The notes under the pieces: generated by a model
What the model was told of the DNA's origin: nothing
What the model saw: the letters and a program-made list of their open reading frames with translations, nothing else
Database searches by the model: none
Source of the DNA: an uncultured Chloroflexia bacterium
GTDB lineage: Bacteria; Chloroflexota; Limnocylindria; Limnocylindrales; CSP1-4
DNA length: 64,000 nt
Direction: 5' to 3'
Assembly (NCBI GenBank): GCA_963819655.1
Contig: CAWFXA010000002.1
Coordinates: forward strand, 1-64,000
Shown: positions 1 to 11,006 of the stretch, piece by piece
Position numbering within the stretch: the stretch's first letter is position 1
Layout of the letters: each line of letters opens with the position of its first letter
Translations under genes and position numbers: made by a program

Positions 1-1069
1 CCGGAGGCTGAGCCTCTGCTGAGGTTGCGGCCGGGCATCCCGTACATCGAGCCGTCCGTGGATGCGGGGTGGCGCCGCGGGCCTGGCGCGAGGTGTCGGC
101 TCAGCCGCCGGCGCGGGGATACGATCACGCTGCGGGCCTCCCGGCGCTCCGGACAGCCCTGGCCGAGTATGTCGCCCGGGTCCGCGGGATCGCCTGCGGC
201 CCCGAGAACCTGCTGATCACCAACGGCACCACCCACGGTTTGCGCCTGCTGCTCACGGTCACCCGCCGGCCCGGCGAACGGATCGCCATCGAGGACCCGG
301 GCTATCGCAACGCGGTCACCGCCGCCCGCGACCACGGCTCCTGGGCGTCGCCGATGTGCCGGTGGACGCCGACGGGCTGCGGGTCGATCTGCTCGGCCCG
401 GACCTCGCCGCGGCGTACGTCACGCCCTCCACCAGTACCCGCTCGGCGGCCGCCTACCGATCGCCCGCCGCAACGCCCTCGTCGACTGGGCCGGCCGGAC
501 CGGCGCCACCGTGATCGAGGACGACTACGACAGCGAGTTCCGGTACGACGTGGCGCCGCTCCCCGCGCTGGCCCAGCTCGACCTCGACCTGGTGGTCCAC
601 CTCGGCACCCTCTCGAAGATGCTCAGTCCGGCGATGCGCCTGGGCTGGCTCGTCGCCTCCGCCGAGGTGGTCGACGCGCTGACCGCCTATCGCGAGAGGT
701 CCGGCGACTGGCCCTCCTGGCCGTGCAGGCGGCCCCGCTCGCCATGCTCCGCGACGGCTACCTCGACCGCCTGGTACGCCGAGGGCGCCGGCGCTACGCC
801 GAGAGGTGCGACCGGGTGTGCGTCGGCCTCTCGCCGTACGGGCAGGTCGTCGGGCGGGACGCCGGCCTGCACGTCACCCTGGTACTGCCCGAGGGAATCG
901 AGGACAGAGAGTGCGGCGCGAGGCCCTAGCGGCCGGAGTCGCGTGGCCTCGCTGTCCGAGTACCGCCGCTCGATCCCGGGTCCGGCGGGCTGGTAATCGG
1001 CTACGCGACGCCGTCCACCGGAGAGCTCGACCGCGCGCTGCAGATACTTGCCGGAGTTCTCGAAGCTGA
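1..1069 (+). CDS. MocR/PdxR-type PLP-dependent GntR regulator, aminotransferase-like domain (5' part outside window; frameshifted)
   Basis: Joined frames give GLPALRTALAEYVARVRGI, LITNGTTHGL, IAIEDPGY, IEDDYDSEFRYDVAPLPAL, GTLSKMLSPAMRLGWLV and AGLHV; TGA at 1067-1069. Confidence 0.85.
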
Positions 1070-1070
1070 C

Positions 1071-1303
1071 TCAGGGCCGTGAGGGGTTGTCGCGCAGCGG
1101 CGGCTGGACCTGCGGGGTGTCGCCGTCCCAGGTGAGCTCGGACAGCCACATCGTGCGGCCGGGTGGATCAACGCCGACCAGCGCGGGATCCCAGGCGTGG
1201 TACACGAACCAGTACCGGTCGTCCTTGACCAGCACCATGTTGTGACCCGGTCCTCGAGCACGGCCGGCCGACCACCGCCGGGTTCCTGCGCAGGACGGGT
1301 TCG
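1071..1303 (-). CDS. Glycoside hydrolase family 43, C-terminal fragment (cut by junction)
   Basis: NPVLRRN...GPGHNMVL..DDRYWFVYHAW..GRTMWLSELTWDGDTP is a typical GH43 last blade; upstream sequence switches to an unrelated + strand gene. Confidence 0.75.
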
Positions 1304-2798
1304 ATCGCATCTATCCGCGTTTCGAAACGGCTGGCGCCGGACTTCTTCTTTCAGCCGCAGGTCTACCGCCGCGACGGCCAGTCGATTGCGCTGCCGGCGG
1401 GAGACTTCACCGTGACGGCGACGCGCGGCCCGATACGTGTCGCAGACCAAGCGCTTCTCGGTCAAGGCGGCCACCGATCTGGTCTTTATCTGCTCCGCTG
1501 GATCGATCCGTCGCAGTCCGGCTGGTATTCCGGCGATCACCACATCCACTCGTCCGGCTGCTCGCACTACGAAATCCGACCGAGGGCGTCCGGCCGGAGG
1601 ACATGTGGCCGCAGATCGACGGCGAAGCGCTCAACCTCGCGTCGGTGCTGACGTGGGGACCGTCGTATTACTTCCAGAAGCAGTTCTTCAGCGGCGTCGA
1701 TCACCCGCTGTCGACGTCGTCACGGCTGATGCACTACGACCTGGAGGTCTCCGGCTTTCCGTCGAGCCACGCCGGTCATCTCGTGCTGCTCGGCCTGAAG
1801 GACCAGGACTATCCCGGTACGAAGCGGCTCGAAGACTGGCCGACGTGGACCTGCCGATCCTGAAGTGGGCCAGGGCGCAGGGCTCGGTGGTCGGCTTCGC
1901 GCATTCGGGGTGGGGGCTCGAGGTCAAGAGCACCGATCTTCCGAACTACGATATGCCCGGCTTCGACGGCATCGGCGCCAACGAGTTCATCGTCGACGTC
2001 ACCCATCCCGAGACCGTCGATTTCATCTCCGCCGGCGGACACGCCGTACGTCTGGGAGCTGAATATCTGGTACCACACGCTCAACGCCGGCTTTCGCACG
2101 CGCATCAGCGGGGAAACGGACTTTCCCTGCATCTACGACGACAAGGTCGGCCTGGCGCGTTCCTACGCGAAGGTGGACGGTCCGCTGACGTATCGCAAGT
2201 GGCTCGACGCCGTCCGCGCCGGGCGGAGCTACGTCTCCGACGGCAAGACCCACCTGATGGACTTCGCCGTCAACGGCCCGCCCGCCGGCATCGCCGAGAG
2301 CGAGGTGAAGCTGAGCGCGCCGGGACGGTCGAGGTGGCGGTGACCGCGGCGGCGAACCTGGACGGCATCCGAACGACGCGATTGCGGCAGCTGCGCTACG
2401 ACGAGAAGCCGTACTGGGACATCGAGCGCGCGCGCATCGGCCGCTCGCGCGAGGTGCCGGTGGAGGTGATCGTCAACGGCGAGCGCGCGGCGGTGCAGAA
2501 CCTGACCGCCGACGGCAAGGATCCGGACGCTGACCTTCGACGTTCCGGTCGAGCGCAGCAGCTGGATCGCCGTGCGCGTGCTGCCGTCCGCCCACACCAA
2601 TCCGGTCTTCGTCATGGTTGGAGGAAAACCGGTCCGCGCCTCGAAGCGCAGCGCCGAGTGGTGCCTCAACGCGGTCAACCAGTGCTGGACGCAGAAGGCG
2701 CGCAGATCACGGCCGCGGAGCTCGACGCCGCGCGCGCCGCCTACGATCACGCGCGCGAGGTGTATCGGCAGAGGCGTGGAGGCTGGAATCGGCGATGA
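1304..2798 (+). CDS. CehA/McbA-family (PHP-like) metallohydrolase, C-terminal part, frameshifted
   Basis: RIYP..KRLAPDFFFQPQVYR, WYSGDHHIHSSGCSHYE, YDLEVSGFPSSHAGHLVLLGL, VGFAHSGWG, SGETDFPCIYD and AHTNPVFV across several frames. Confidence 0.75.
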
Positions 2799-2943
2799 CG
2801 TTCGTAGCGCGGACGTTAGGATCCGAGCAACCGGATCTCAAGACGGATGCTCCGGAGCTCGCCCGACGGAGGCCCGGAGCGAGAACAACATCTGATCCTT
2901 TGCTCCGTTGAGCTCCGTTGCTTCGTTTTTGAGATCCGGTTGC
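2794..2943. repeat. REP-like element: partial GTAG REP plus 15-bp perfect inverted repeat
   Basis: gatgacgttcgtagcgcgg (2794-2812) is identical to 7807-7825; gcaaccggatctcaa (2827-2841) pairs with ttgagatccggttgc (2929-2943). Confidence 0.7.
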
Positions 2944-2989
2944 CTCCGCGCGAACTCCGGCTGCAATCCATGTTAGAAGAGCGATCGGA

Positions 2990-4476
2990 TCAGATCCCTG
3001 ACCACGAAGAACGCGAAGAACGCGTAGAACGCCGAGCACAGCAGCAGGCCGACTTCGCGCCACAGCGGCGGCCGCACCGCCGGCGGCAGGAAGCGGCGGT
3101 TGACCAGGAAGATCTGCACGCCGGCGATCGCCAGGACGATGCCGGCCATGTTCGCGAGGATCTTGAACAGCTGGAACGGCGAGGCCGAGCGGATGACGAT
3201 GACGCCCCAGACCGAGAACGACCAGCAGGATCCCGTAGTAGATCGCCCGGATGCCCGCCTTCCACTCGCGCGCGCGGCTGCTCGACATCCACATCGCGTC
3301 GGTGATCGTGCGCACCAGGATGTCGGTGTTGCCGAGCTGCGTCTTGAACAGGATCCAGAAGCCGTTGAACAGCGTCAGGAACCAGAAGCCCGGCCAGATC
3401 TGGCTCAGGTACTCCGCCTGATAGGCGCCCGCCGCCGAGGCCCTGCAGGTCGGTGCCGTGCGGGATGATCGCGGTCGCGAGGTTGACGTTCAGGAACATG
3501 CCGAGGAAGCAGAACAGCCCCCAGACCCAGATCTGGTCGGCGTGGACGTAGCGCAGCCACTCGCGCCAGCGCGCGAGGTTCGGCCTCGGTCGCCGGGAAG
3601 ACCGTGCCGACGTGCGAGAGCTGGATCTCGTGCCGCCGACGGCGCTCGGGATCGCGCCGACCTTCGCGCCCATGCCGAAGCCCTTGTCGCGGACCCAGTT
3701 GGTGACGGTCAGGTTGCCGAGGCCGCCCGAGCCCGCGGTCGCCGCCAGCGCGCCGATCAGGCCCCAGTCGATCGGGCTGCGGCAGCCCGGAGAAGCTGAA
3801 GAAGCCCGAGGAAGGTCCGGCCCCAGTGCGCGAACGGCACGAACGCGACGTTGATCGACCAGCAGGAACAGGAACACCACCGCGAGCATCGTCCAGGCGA
3901 AGTACTCGAGCATGCGCTCGATGGTGCCGCCGAAGGACAGGATCAGCGACGACGCCGACGATCAGCGCGGTGGCGATCCAGGCCTGCGTGGCCTGATCGG
4001 GCGCGCCCGGCATGCGGCCCATCCAGGCGCCGAGCAGCGTCGCCGCGGCGCTGCCGGCGAGCGCCGGCCAGCCGAGCTGGAAGAAGCCGAGGACGGTGTA
4101 GAAGCCGGCCCAGAAGTTCGGCCCGGGCCTGAGCCGCATGATGCCGCCGTAGATCGGCTCGCCGGTGTAGAGCGTGTAGCGGATCGCCTCGAGGTTGAAG
4201 ACGACCTGCAGCACGATCGCGACGGTGGCGATCAGGAAGATCGACGACGAGTACTTGACCGCCGCGGCCGGCCCGACCAGCCATTCGCCGCCGCCGATCG
4301 AGGTCGCCGCCATGATCGCGCCCGGGCCGATCACCTTGAGCAGGTTGCGGACGCTGAACGGCGGCGGCGCCGGCAGGTCGGCGACGTCCCAGCGCGGCAG
4401 CTCGCCGTGATCGGCCGGGAGCGCGCCGCCGTCGCGGGGGTCGGGTGGCGCGGCCGGCCGCGTCCTGAGTGGTCAT
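2990..4476 (-). CDS. Nramp/YcsG-like divalent metal or solute transporter, frameshifted
   Basis: IGPGAIMAATSIGGGEWLVGP, FNLEAIRYTLYTGE, GSGGLGNLTVTNWVRDKGFGMG and many TM segments. Confidence 0.75.
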
Positions 4477-4708
4477 CCTGGAGTCTCCTCGGGAACAGGG
4501 CTGTTCGCGGCTCGACCCGTCAGTCTACCCGCAATCGCTGTTCGTATTCGCAGTCGCGCGTCCGGAGTCCTGCTAAGACGCGCACGGATCCGGGCGGAGA
4601 CGTCGGCGGGCTGGTCGCGACAGCCACCATCCAGCGCTCGATAGCTCCGTTGCGGACTACGCACATCATAGCCCCGGCGTCGGACCGCGATCCTGCTATC
4701 CTCCCCGC

Positions 4709-5958
4709 ATGCCCAGCCGCCTTGTCGCGCGCATGCTCGCCGTCCTCGCCATCGCCCACGCTCCGTGCCGGCGCCGACTGGCCGCAGTTTCTCGGCCCGA
4801 CGCGCAACGGGGTCGTACCGCGGCGCGCCGATCGTCAGCTACCTTTCCCGCCGGCGGACCGAAAGTGGTCTGGCGCGAAGAAGGTCGGCCAGGGCCTCAG
4901 CGGTCCGGTCGTGGTCGGCGAGCCGCGTGATCCTCTTCCACCGGGTCGGCGATCGCGAGGTCGTCGAGTCGCTCGACGCCGCCACCGGCGACGCCGCGTG
5001 GCGGTATCGGCTATCCCACCGCGTATCGCGACGACTTCGGCTTCGACGAGGGGCCGCGCGCGGTGCCGGTCGTCGCCGACGGGGTCGTCTACACGTTCGG
5101 CGCGGAGGGACAGCTGCACGCCGTCGACCTCGCGACGCGGCAAGCCGCTCTGGACCGACAGACACGATGCGGCAGTTCGGCGTGCCGAAGGGATTCTTCG
5201 GCGCGGCCGGCTCGCCGCTGGTCGAAGACGGCCGGGTGATCGCCAACATCGGCGGCGCCAAGGCGCGGCATCATCGCGTTCAACGCCGACACAGGCGCCG
5301 TCGATGTGGACGGCCACCGACGATGCCGCCAGCTACTCGTCGCCGGTCGGCGCGACGATCGGCGGACAGCGCTACGCCGATGTTCTTCACCCGCAACGGC
5401 CTGGTCGGTCTCGATCCCGCGACCGGCGCCGTGAAGTTCCAGCGGGCGCTGGCGGGCTCGCGCCAACGCGTCGGTCAACGCCGCGACGCCGGTCGTCGTC
5501 GACAATCTGATTTTCGTGTCGGCCGAGTACGGGCCCGGGCGCGGCGGTCCTGCGGCGTCGACGGGCAGCGACGCTGACCGAGCTCTGGTCGTCGGACGAC
5601 GTGTTGTCGAATCACTACGCGACCAGCGTCTATCGCGGACGGCGTGCTCTACGGCTTCCACGGCCGCCAGGAATTCGGGCCGAGCCTTCGCGCCGTCGAT
5701 TTTCGAGACCGGCCAGGTGCGATGGTCGGAGGAGAAGTTCGGCGCCGGCACGGTCACGCTGGCCGGCGATCAGCTGCTCGTGATGCGCGAGAACGGCGAG
5801 CTGCTGCTCGCGCCGGCCACGCCGCCGCGTTCAAGCCGACCGCCCGCGCCGCAGTGCTTCCGGCGACCGTGCGCGCCTATCCGGCGTTCGACGCGGGATT
5901 TCTCTACGTGCGCAACGACGACACGCTCGTGTGCCTGGATCTGCGGCGGACGCGGTGA
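4709..5958 (+). CDS. PQQ-binding-like (BamB-type) beta-propeller protein, frameshifted
   Basis: Signal peptide then ADWPQFLGPTRNG, GPRAVP, FFGAAGSPLV, ASYSSP and LYVRNDDTLVCLDL; TATCCT -10 lies 6 nt before the ATG. Confidence 0.8.
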
Positions 5959-6120
5959 TTCTGCGAACGCTCACGCTCGCCACGGGCGGTGACATGAGGA
6001 CACGAGGTCAAGAGGAATTCTTCCCGGCTGTGCCGAAGAGCACGGCGTGTGCTGGAACAAGAAACAAAACGGCATCCTGACATCCTGTCCTCATGTTGAA
6101 GCTCTTGGCGAATACCGTCT

Positions 6121-6207
6121 TGTGGCTTCCGGCTTCAGCCGGAAGGATGCGTGAAGCGTGCGAATTTGCTCGACAGCCGCAGCCTTCCGCCTAAAGGCGG
6201 AAGCCAC
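6121..6207. repeat. Inverted pair of GTGG-type REP palindromes (REPIN-like)
   Basis: gtggcttccggcttcagccggaagg ... ccttccgcctaaaggcggaagccac; each unit is a hairpin with a GTGG foot. Confidence 0.8.
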
Positions 6208-6343
6208 GCAGACGATTTTTCGCAGGGCAATGCATCACCGCGCTGCCTCCAATGAAGCCGGCATCGCACAATGCGCCGACCCAGCAACCTGTCGTACACC
6301 TATGCCGTCTCCCATCTCCTTGACACTCGCATTAGGAGACGCC

Positions 6344-7796
6344 ATGCTCCATCTGCTCGTCGCCGTGCTCGCCCGACGTCTGGGTGCAGGCCGCAGCACC
6401 CGTGGCTCCCGTTCGCAGCCGTCCCGCCGACATCGCCTTCAAGGTGCAGATGATCGATCCGGGCTTCAGCGAGAGCGTGGCCGTCGCCGACTTCAACAAG
6501 GACGGCCGCCTCGACATCCTCTCGGCCGAGTACTGGTACGAGGCCCCGGCCTGGACGAGGCACAAGATCCGCGACATCGCCTTCAACGGCAGCTATATCG
6601 ACAACTTCAGCGATCTGCGCGGTCGACGTCGACGGCGACGGCTACACCGACATCATCCAGATCGCCTACTTCGCGCGGCGGATCGTGTGGCTGAAGAATC
6701 CGGGCAAGGGCGGCACGGCCTGGGTCGAGACTGAGATCGACGCGGTCGGCCCGACCGAGTTCGCGTTCCTCGTCGATTTGAACAACGACGGTCGAGCGCG
6801 TCGAGATCCTGCCGCAGTTCACCGGCGCCGCGAAGGCGCCGCTCACCTGGTACGAGCTCGCCGACGGCAAGTGGCAGAAGCACGTCGTCAGCAGTCAGAG
6901 CTACGGCCACGGCATCGGCGCCGGCGACGTGAACGGCGACAAGCGCAACGACATCATCACGCCGGCGGGCTGGCTCGAGGCGCCGGCCGACGTCCGTGCG
7001 CCGGCGAATGGATGCTGCACCCGACGAGTTGGAGCGGCGTGTCGCTGCCGCAGCCGGGCGATGCCGCCGCGCCGCCGGCTCAGGGCGAGATGCGGAGGCT
7101 GACCCGTGAACAGGCGATCAGAGGGATTCGTGGTCGAGACGCCGACCGGTCCTGGGAAGTTCGACCTGCGTAACGGCGCGATGATGACGCCCGACGGTGC
7201 TGTCGTCCTCGTGCCACTGGCACCGGCAGGCGCTCAGCCGGCCCCGCCGCCGTCCCGCCCGGCGGAGTACGGCTTCATGTACGTCGTCGACATCAACGAC
7301 GACGGCACGGAGCGACGTCCTGACGTCCATGGCGCACAGCTACGGCGTGCTGTGGTTCGAGCAGCAGGACGAGCGGTGGCGCCCGTCGATCATCGACACC
7401 ACCTGGGCCAACGCGCACTCGACCGCGATGGCGGACATGAACGGCGACGGCCGCCCGGACCTCATCGCCGCGAAGCGCTACTTCGGCCGGAACGGCACCG
7501 ACCCCGCGGAACGCGAGCCGATGGGCATCTACTGGTACGAGTTCCGGCCCGGGCTCAAGGATACCGTCGAGTGGATCCGCCACATCGTCGACTACGGCGG
7601 CCGCGCCGGCGGCGGTCTTCAGATGGTCGTGACGGATATGGACGGCGACGGCGACCTCGACATCGTCACGCCGGGGAAGACCGGGTTGTTCCTGTCGGAG
7701 AACCTGACGCGCACGCCGCCCGTAGTCCGCAATCCGGAGTCCGTAGTCCGGGGTCCGACAGCCCCGCGCTACGCACGCGGCGGGGCTCGGACGTAG
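6344..7796 (+). CDS. FG-GAP/VCBS repeat secreted protein, frameshifted
   Basis: ggag RBS before ATG 6344; repeated DxNxDGxxD loops (DFNKDGRLD, DVDGDGYTD, DVNGDKRND, DMNGDGRPD, DMDGDGDLD). Confidence 0.8.
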
Positions 7797-7809
7797 GACG
7801 TCGGACGAT

Positions 7810-7987
7810 GACGTTCGTAGCGCGGCGCTTTAGCGCCGCGTTTCAGCCCCGCTCGACTCGATTGCCTGATTCGGTCGCTCGGACGCGGAGCTAAAGCTCC
7901 GCGCTGCGAACGTCAGGTCCCAACGTTCGACCCCATTTCTGATTCGGGCGTCCTGACGCGGAGCTGAAGCTCCGCGCTACGAACGTC
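7810..7987. repeat. Cluster of three GTAG-type REP palindromes
   Basis: gtagcgcggcgctttagcgccgcg (7817-7840), cgcggagctaaagctccgcgctgc (7884-7907) and cgcggagctgaagctccgcgctac (7957-7980), each flanked by gacgttc or gaacgtc. Confidence 0.85.
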
Positions 7988-8813
7988 GACGGGTAACCGG
8001 AACAACCCGTTGACCAGCGCGAACGGCACGGCGCGGCCGAGCGCGGTGAAGGTGCCGCTGCCGGCGATCTCGGCGGCCGCCGTCGAGGAAGCCGCCCCAG
8101 GCGGCTCGGGCCAGCGCACCCCCGACGCTGATCCGCCGCACTCCGAGCGGCGGCGAGCGTCGCGACCGTGGCTGAAGGGCGAGCCCACCAGGACGTTCAC
8201 CGGTTTCGGCGCCACGGCGCGGACGACCTCGGTGATGTCTTCGATCGACTGCAGCCCGGGCGCGTAGAGGCAATCGGCGCCGGCGTCGGCAAAGGCGGTG
8301 AGGCGGCGGATCGTCTCGGTGAGATCCGGGCGTCCGGCGATGAACCCCTCGGAACGGGCGGTCAGCACCAGGTCGAGCCCGCTGGCGTCGACGGCGCGCC
8401 GCGCCGCGGCGACGCGCTCGACCGCGAGCGCGAACTCCAGCAGCGGGCTCTCGGATTGCCGGGAGGCGTCCTCGATCGACAGGCCCGCGAGCCCGGTCCG
8501 GGCCGCGAGCGCGACGTGGGCTTCGACCTCCGCGGGCTCGACGGCGAAGCCACCCTCGAAATCACCGGAGACCGGCAGGTCGACGGCCGCGGCGATCCGC
8601 CCGGAAATGCGCCAGCGCCTCCTCCAGCGGCACGTGGTTGTCGGCGCGCCCCTGCGACCAGGCGAATCCGGCACTGGTCGTGGCGAGCGCCGGGAAGCCG
8701 AGATGCGCGAGGGTCTGCGCGCTGCCGGCGTCCCACGGGTTGGGGATCACGAAGCACCCGGATGCATGGAGCTCGCGGAAGACGCGGCAGCGTTCCTGCG
8801 TTCGATCGGTCAT
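7913..8813 (-). CDS. Isocitrate lyase/PEP mutase family protein, frameshifted
   Basis: FRELHASGCFVIPNPWDAGSA, ALATTSAGFAW, LPVSGDFEGGF, LSIED, AGADCLYAPG, RRISVGGALAR; 3' end uncertain because it runs into the REP cluster. Confidence 0.85.
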
Positions 8814-8847
8814 CGAATCACCCCCCGGTAAGATCGACGGGCGCGCG

Positions 8848-8970
8848 CAGTCAGTTTCCAGTTCCCAGTCGGCAGTTTCCAGTCAATCAGTGCCCGGTCA
8901 CCAGTTCCTCGTCTCTCCGATTCAGGCGAGCCAGCTGGGCGAACTAGCGAACTGGCCACTGGCGACTGTC
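8848..8970. repeat. Heptamer-repeat palindromic element (CAGTTYC ... GAACTRG)
   Basis: Left arm cagtttc-cagttcc-cagtcgg-cagtttc-cagtcaa; right arm gaactag-cgaactgg-ccactgg-cgactg. Confidence 0.65.
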
Positions 8971-8980
8971 AGGGCGCCGA

Positions 8981-10606
8981 TCAGCGACGGGTCGTGCCGT
9001 CCACCGCCGCGGCGGCCGGCTTGATCGCTTCGGTGAGGGCCCGTCCGGATGATCCCGACGGGGTCTGGACGTTGAGCAGCGTGGTCAGGGTCGGCGCCAG
9101 ATCGTTGAGCGCCACCGGATTCGAATAGGTGCCCGCCTTGATTCGCGAGCCCATGATCACCAGCGGGATGTGCGCGTCGTAGTTGTAGGGACTCCCGTGG
9201 GTGGTGCCGGTCGCCGATCGCATCCAGAACGGCTCGAGGATGATCTCGAGATCGCCGGAGCGCTGGGCGTTGAACCCGCGCACCACGCGACGGCCGATCC
9301 GATCGTCGCCGACCTGGCCGCGGAGCAGCTGGTCGCGGGTGTAGACCCGGGCGACGTGCGGCACCGCCGCGGCCGCGGCCGCCGCGACCCGGCGCACCTC
9401 CTCGGGATTCAGCTTCATCGTGTCGATCAGGGCGTAGTCGAGATACGGAGACGACCCCGCGGTCGAGGCCAGCCACTGGCCGGGGCCGAACTTCGCCTCG
9501 AGGGCGGTCTGGATCGCGCCGAACAGCTCCTTGTTGGCCATCCGGCCGCCCGGCATCGACCGCGCGGTCAGGCTCTCCGGCAGCGGCGCCACCCCGTGAT
9601 CCGCGGTCAGCGCGACCAGCGTGTGCTGCAGGCCGACCAGCTTGTCGACCCGCTCCAGCAGCTGGCCGATGACGCGGTCGGTACGGATGGCGATGTCGCG
9701 GACCTGCGGCGACTCCGGACCGTAAGTGTGTCCGACCGAATCGTTCGACGAGAAGCTGACCGACATCAGGTCGGTCTGGCCGCGCTGTCCCATCCGCTCG
9801 TGGGTCAGCGCGTTGGTGGCGAACTCGAGCAGCAGCTCGTTACCGAAAGGACTGGCGAACACCGCTTCGTAGAACGGCTGGCCGAGCTCCTTGGGCATCT
9901 GCTTGAGCGGCGGGGCGGAAGGCGACAGCGGCGTCCACTCCTCACCCAGGTGCGCATCCGCGAGATGGCGGTCGTTGAAGGCGCGGACCCACCCCGGCAC
10001 GTCCGGCATGTAGTAGGTGCTCGACACGAACGCGCCGGACTTGGTGTCGAGCCAGTAGGCCGCATCCGCGCCACGGCCCACCGGCATGATCGCCGACCGA
10101 TCCTTCAGCGACATGCCGATGACCCGTGGAGCGCTCTCGGATCCTTTCGGCGCCGCCGAGCTGAGCTTCAATTCGTCGCCGACGGTGCTGACGAGGAGCC
10201 GCCGCGGCGAGGCGGTCGCCGCATTCGGCGCGCCGATCGGCTTCACCGACGTATCGGTCACGCTCTGCACCTGCCCCTTGGTCTCCCGATCGAACCAGTC
10301 GTTGCCGATGATCCCGCTCACGCTCGGCGTCGCGCCGGTCAGCATCGTCGCGTGCCCGATCGCCGTGACGGTCGGGTAATGCTCGAGATTGGCGTCGGTG
10401 AAGACCGCTCCGTCGGTGAGGAGCTTCCTGAAGCCGCTGGTGAAATCGTTCCGGAACCGCGTCAGATAGTCGTAGCGGAACTGATCCACCGCGATGAGCA
10501 GCACGAGGCGAATCTCCGGCGGCGCGGGCCGGCGGGCCGGCGGCGGCGCCTGCGGAGCGGCAGCCAGCGACGAAAGCGCGAGGAACAGGGCGATCAGCTT
10601 TTTCAT
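8981..10606 (-). CDS. Alkaline phosphatase superfamily, PafA-like phosphomonoesterase/NPP
   Basis: Intact ORF from MKKLIALF; VDQFRYDY, TVTAIGHATMLTG (Thr nucleophile), SLKDRSA, DSVGH, TADHG, THGSPYNYD. Confidence 0.9.
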   Translation of the reverse strand: MKKLIALFLALSSLAAAPQAPPPARRPAPPEIRLVLLIAVDQFRYDYLTRFRNDFTSGFRKLLTDGAVFTDANLEHYPTVTAIGHATMLTGATPSVSGIIGNDWFDRETKGQVQSVTDTSVKPIGAPNAATASPRRLLVSTVGDELKLSSAAPKGSESAPRVIGMSLKDRSAIMPVGRGADAAYWLDTKSGAFVSSTYYMPDVPGWVRAFNDRHLADAHLGEEWTPLSPSAPPLKQMPKELGQPFYEAVFASPFGNELLLEFATNALTHERMGQRGQTDLMSVSFSSNDSVGHTYGPESPQVRDIAIRTDRVIGQLLERVDKLVGLQHTLVALTADHGVAPLPESLTARSMPGGRMANKELFGAIQTALEAKFGPGQWLASTAGSSPYLDYALIDTMKLNPEEVRRVAAAAAAAVPHVARVYTRDQLLRGQVGDDRIGRRVVRGFNAQRSGDLEIILEPFWMRSATGTTHGSPYNYDAHIPLVIMGSRIKAGTYSNPVALNDLAPTLTTLLNVQTPSGSSGRALTEAIKPAAAAVDGTTRR

Positions 10607-10667
10607 GAAACCTCGCCGCCGGACGGCGGCCTGGAAAGTCGAGAACGAGTGTACAACGCGTCCCGGG

Positions 10668-10830
10668 GTCAAATCCCAAGCTCCAAATCCCAAGCTCCAA
10701 CCACGCCCAACCTCCAAGCTCCAATTGGAATCCGAAAGCCGGACGTTTTTGGGACTTGGGCGTTGGGCGTCGTTGGGATTTTGGGCGTTGGGAGTGGTTG
10801 GGATTTGGGATTTGGAGCTTGGGATTTGAC
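10668..10830. repeat. Family-A terminal-inverted-repeat element (163 bp)
   Basis: gtcaaatcccaagctccaaatcccaa ... ttgggatttggagcttgggatttgac, with 7-nt periodic arms. Confidence 0.9.
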
Positions 10831-11006
10831 ATGACTCCCCCTAAACCCACCCCGCCGCCGGTCATCGATCCCCCGGGAACCGGCACCGGCGTCGTGTTGT
10901 TGGCATTTCCGCTCCCTTGGGTGTAAGGTGGCGGGCGGCAAATTGCAATTTTGTTTCGATCTTTAACGGTCAAGACCATCAAGGGTCGAGATGAGGAGGG
11001 GACAGT

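Noticed and set aside
10668-10860. Outward -35 promoters from the TTGAC ends of family-A elements
   Set aside because: The nearest -10-like hexamers I checked are at non-canonical spacing (about 13 nt or less).
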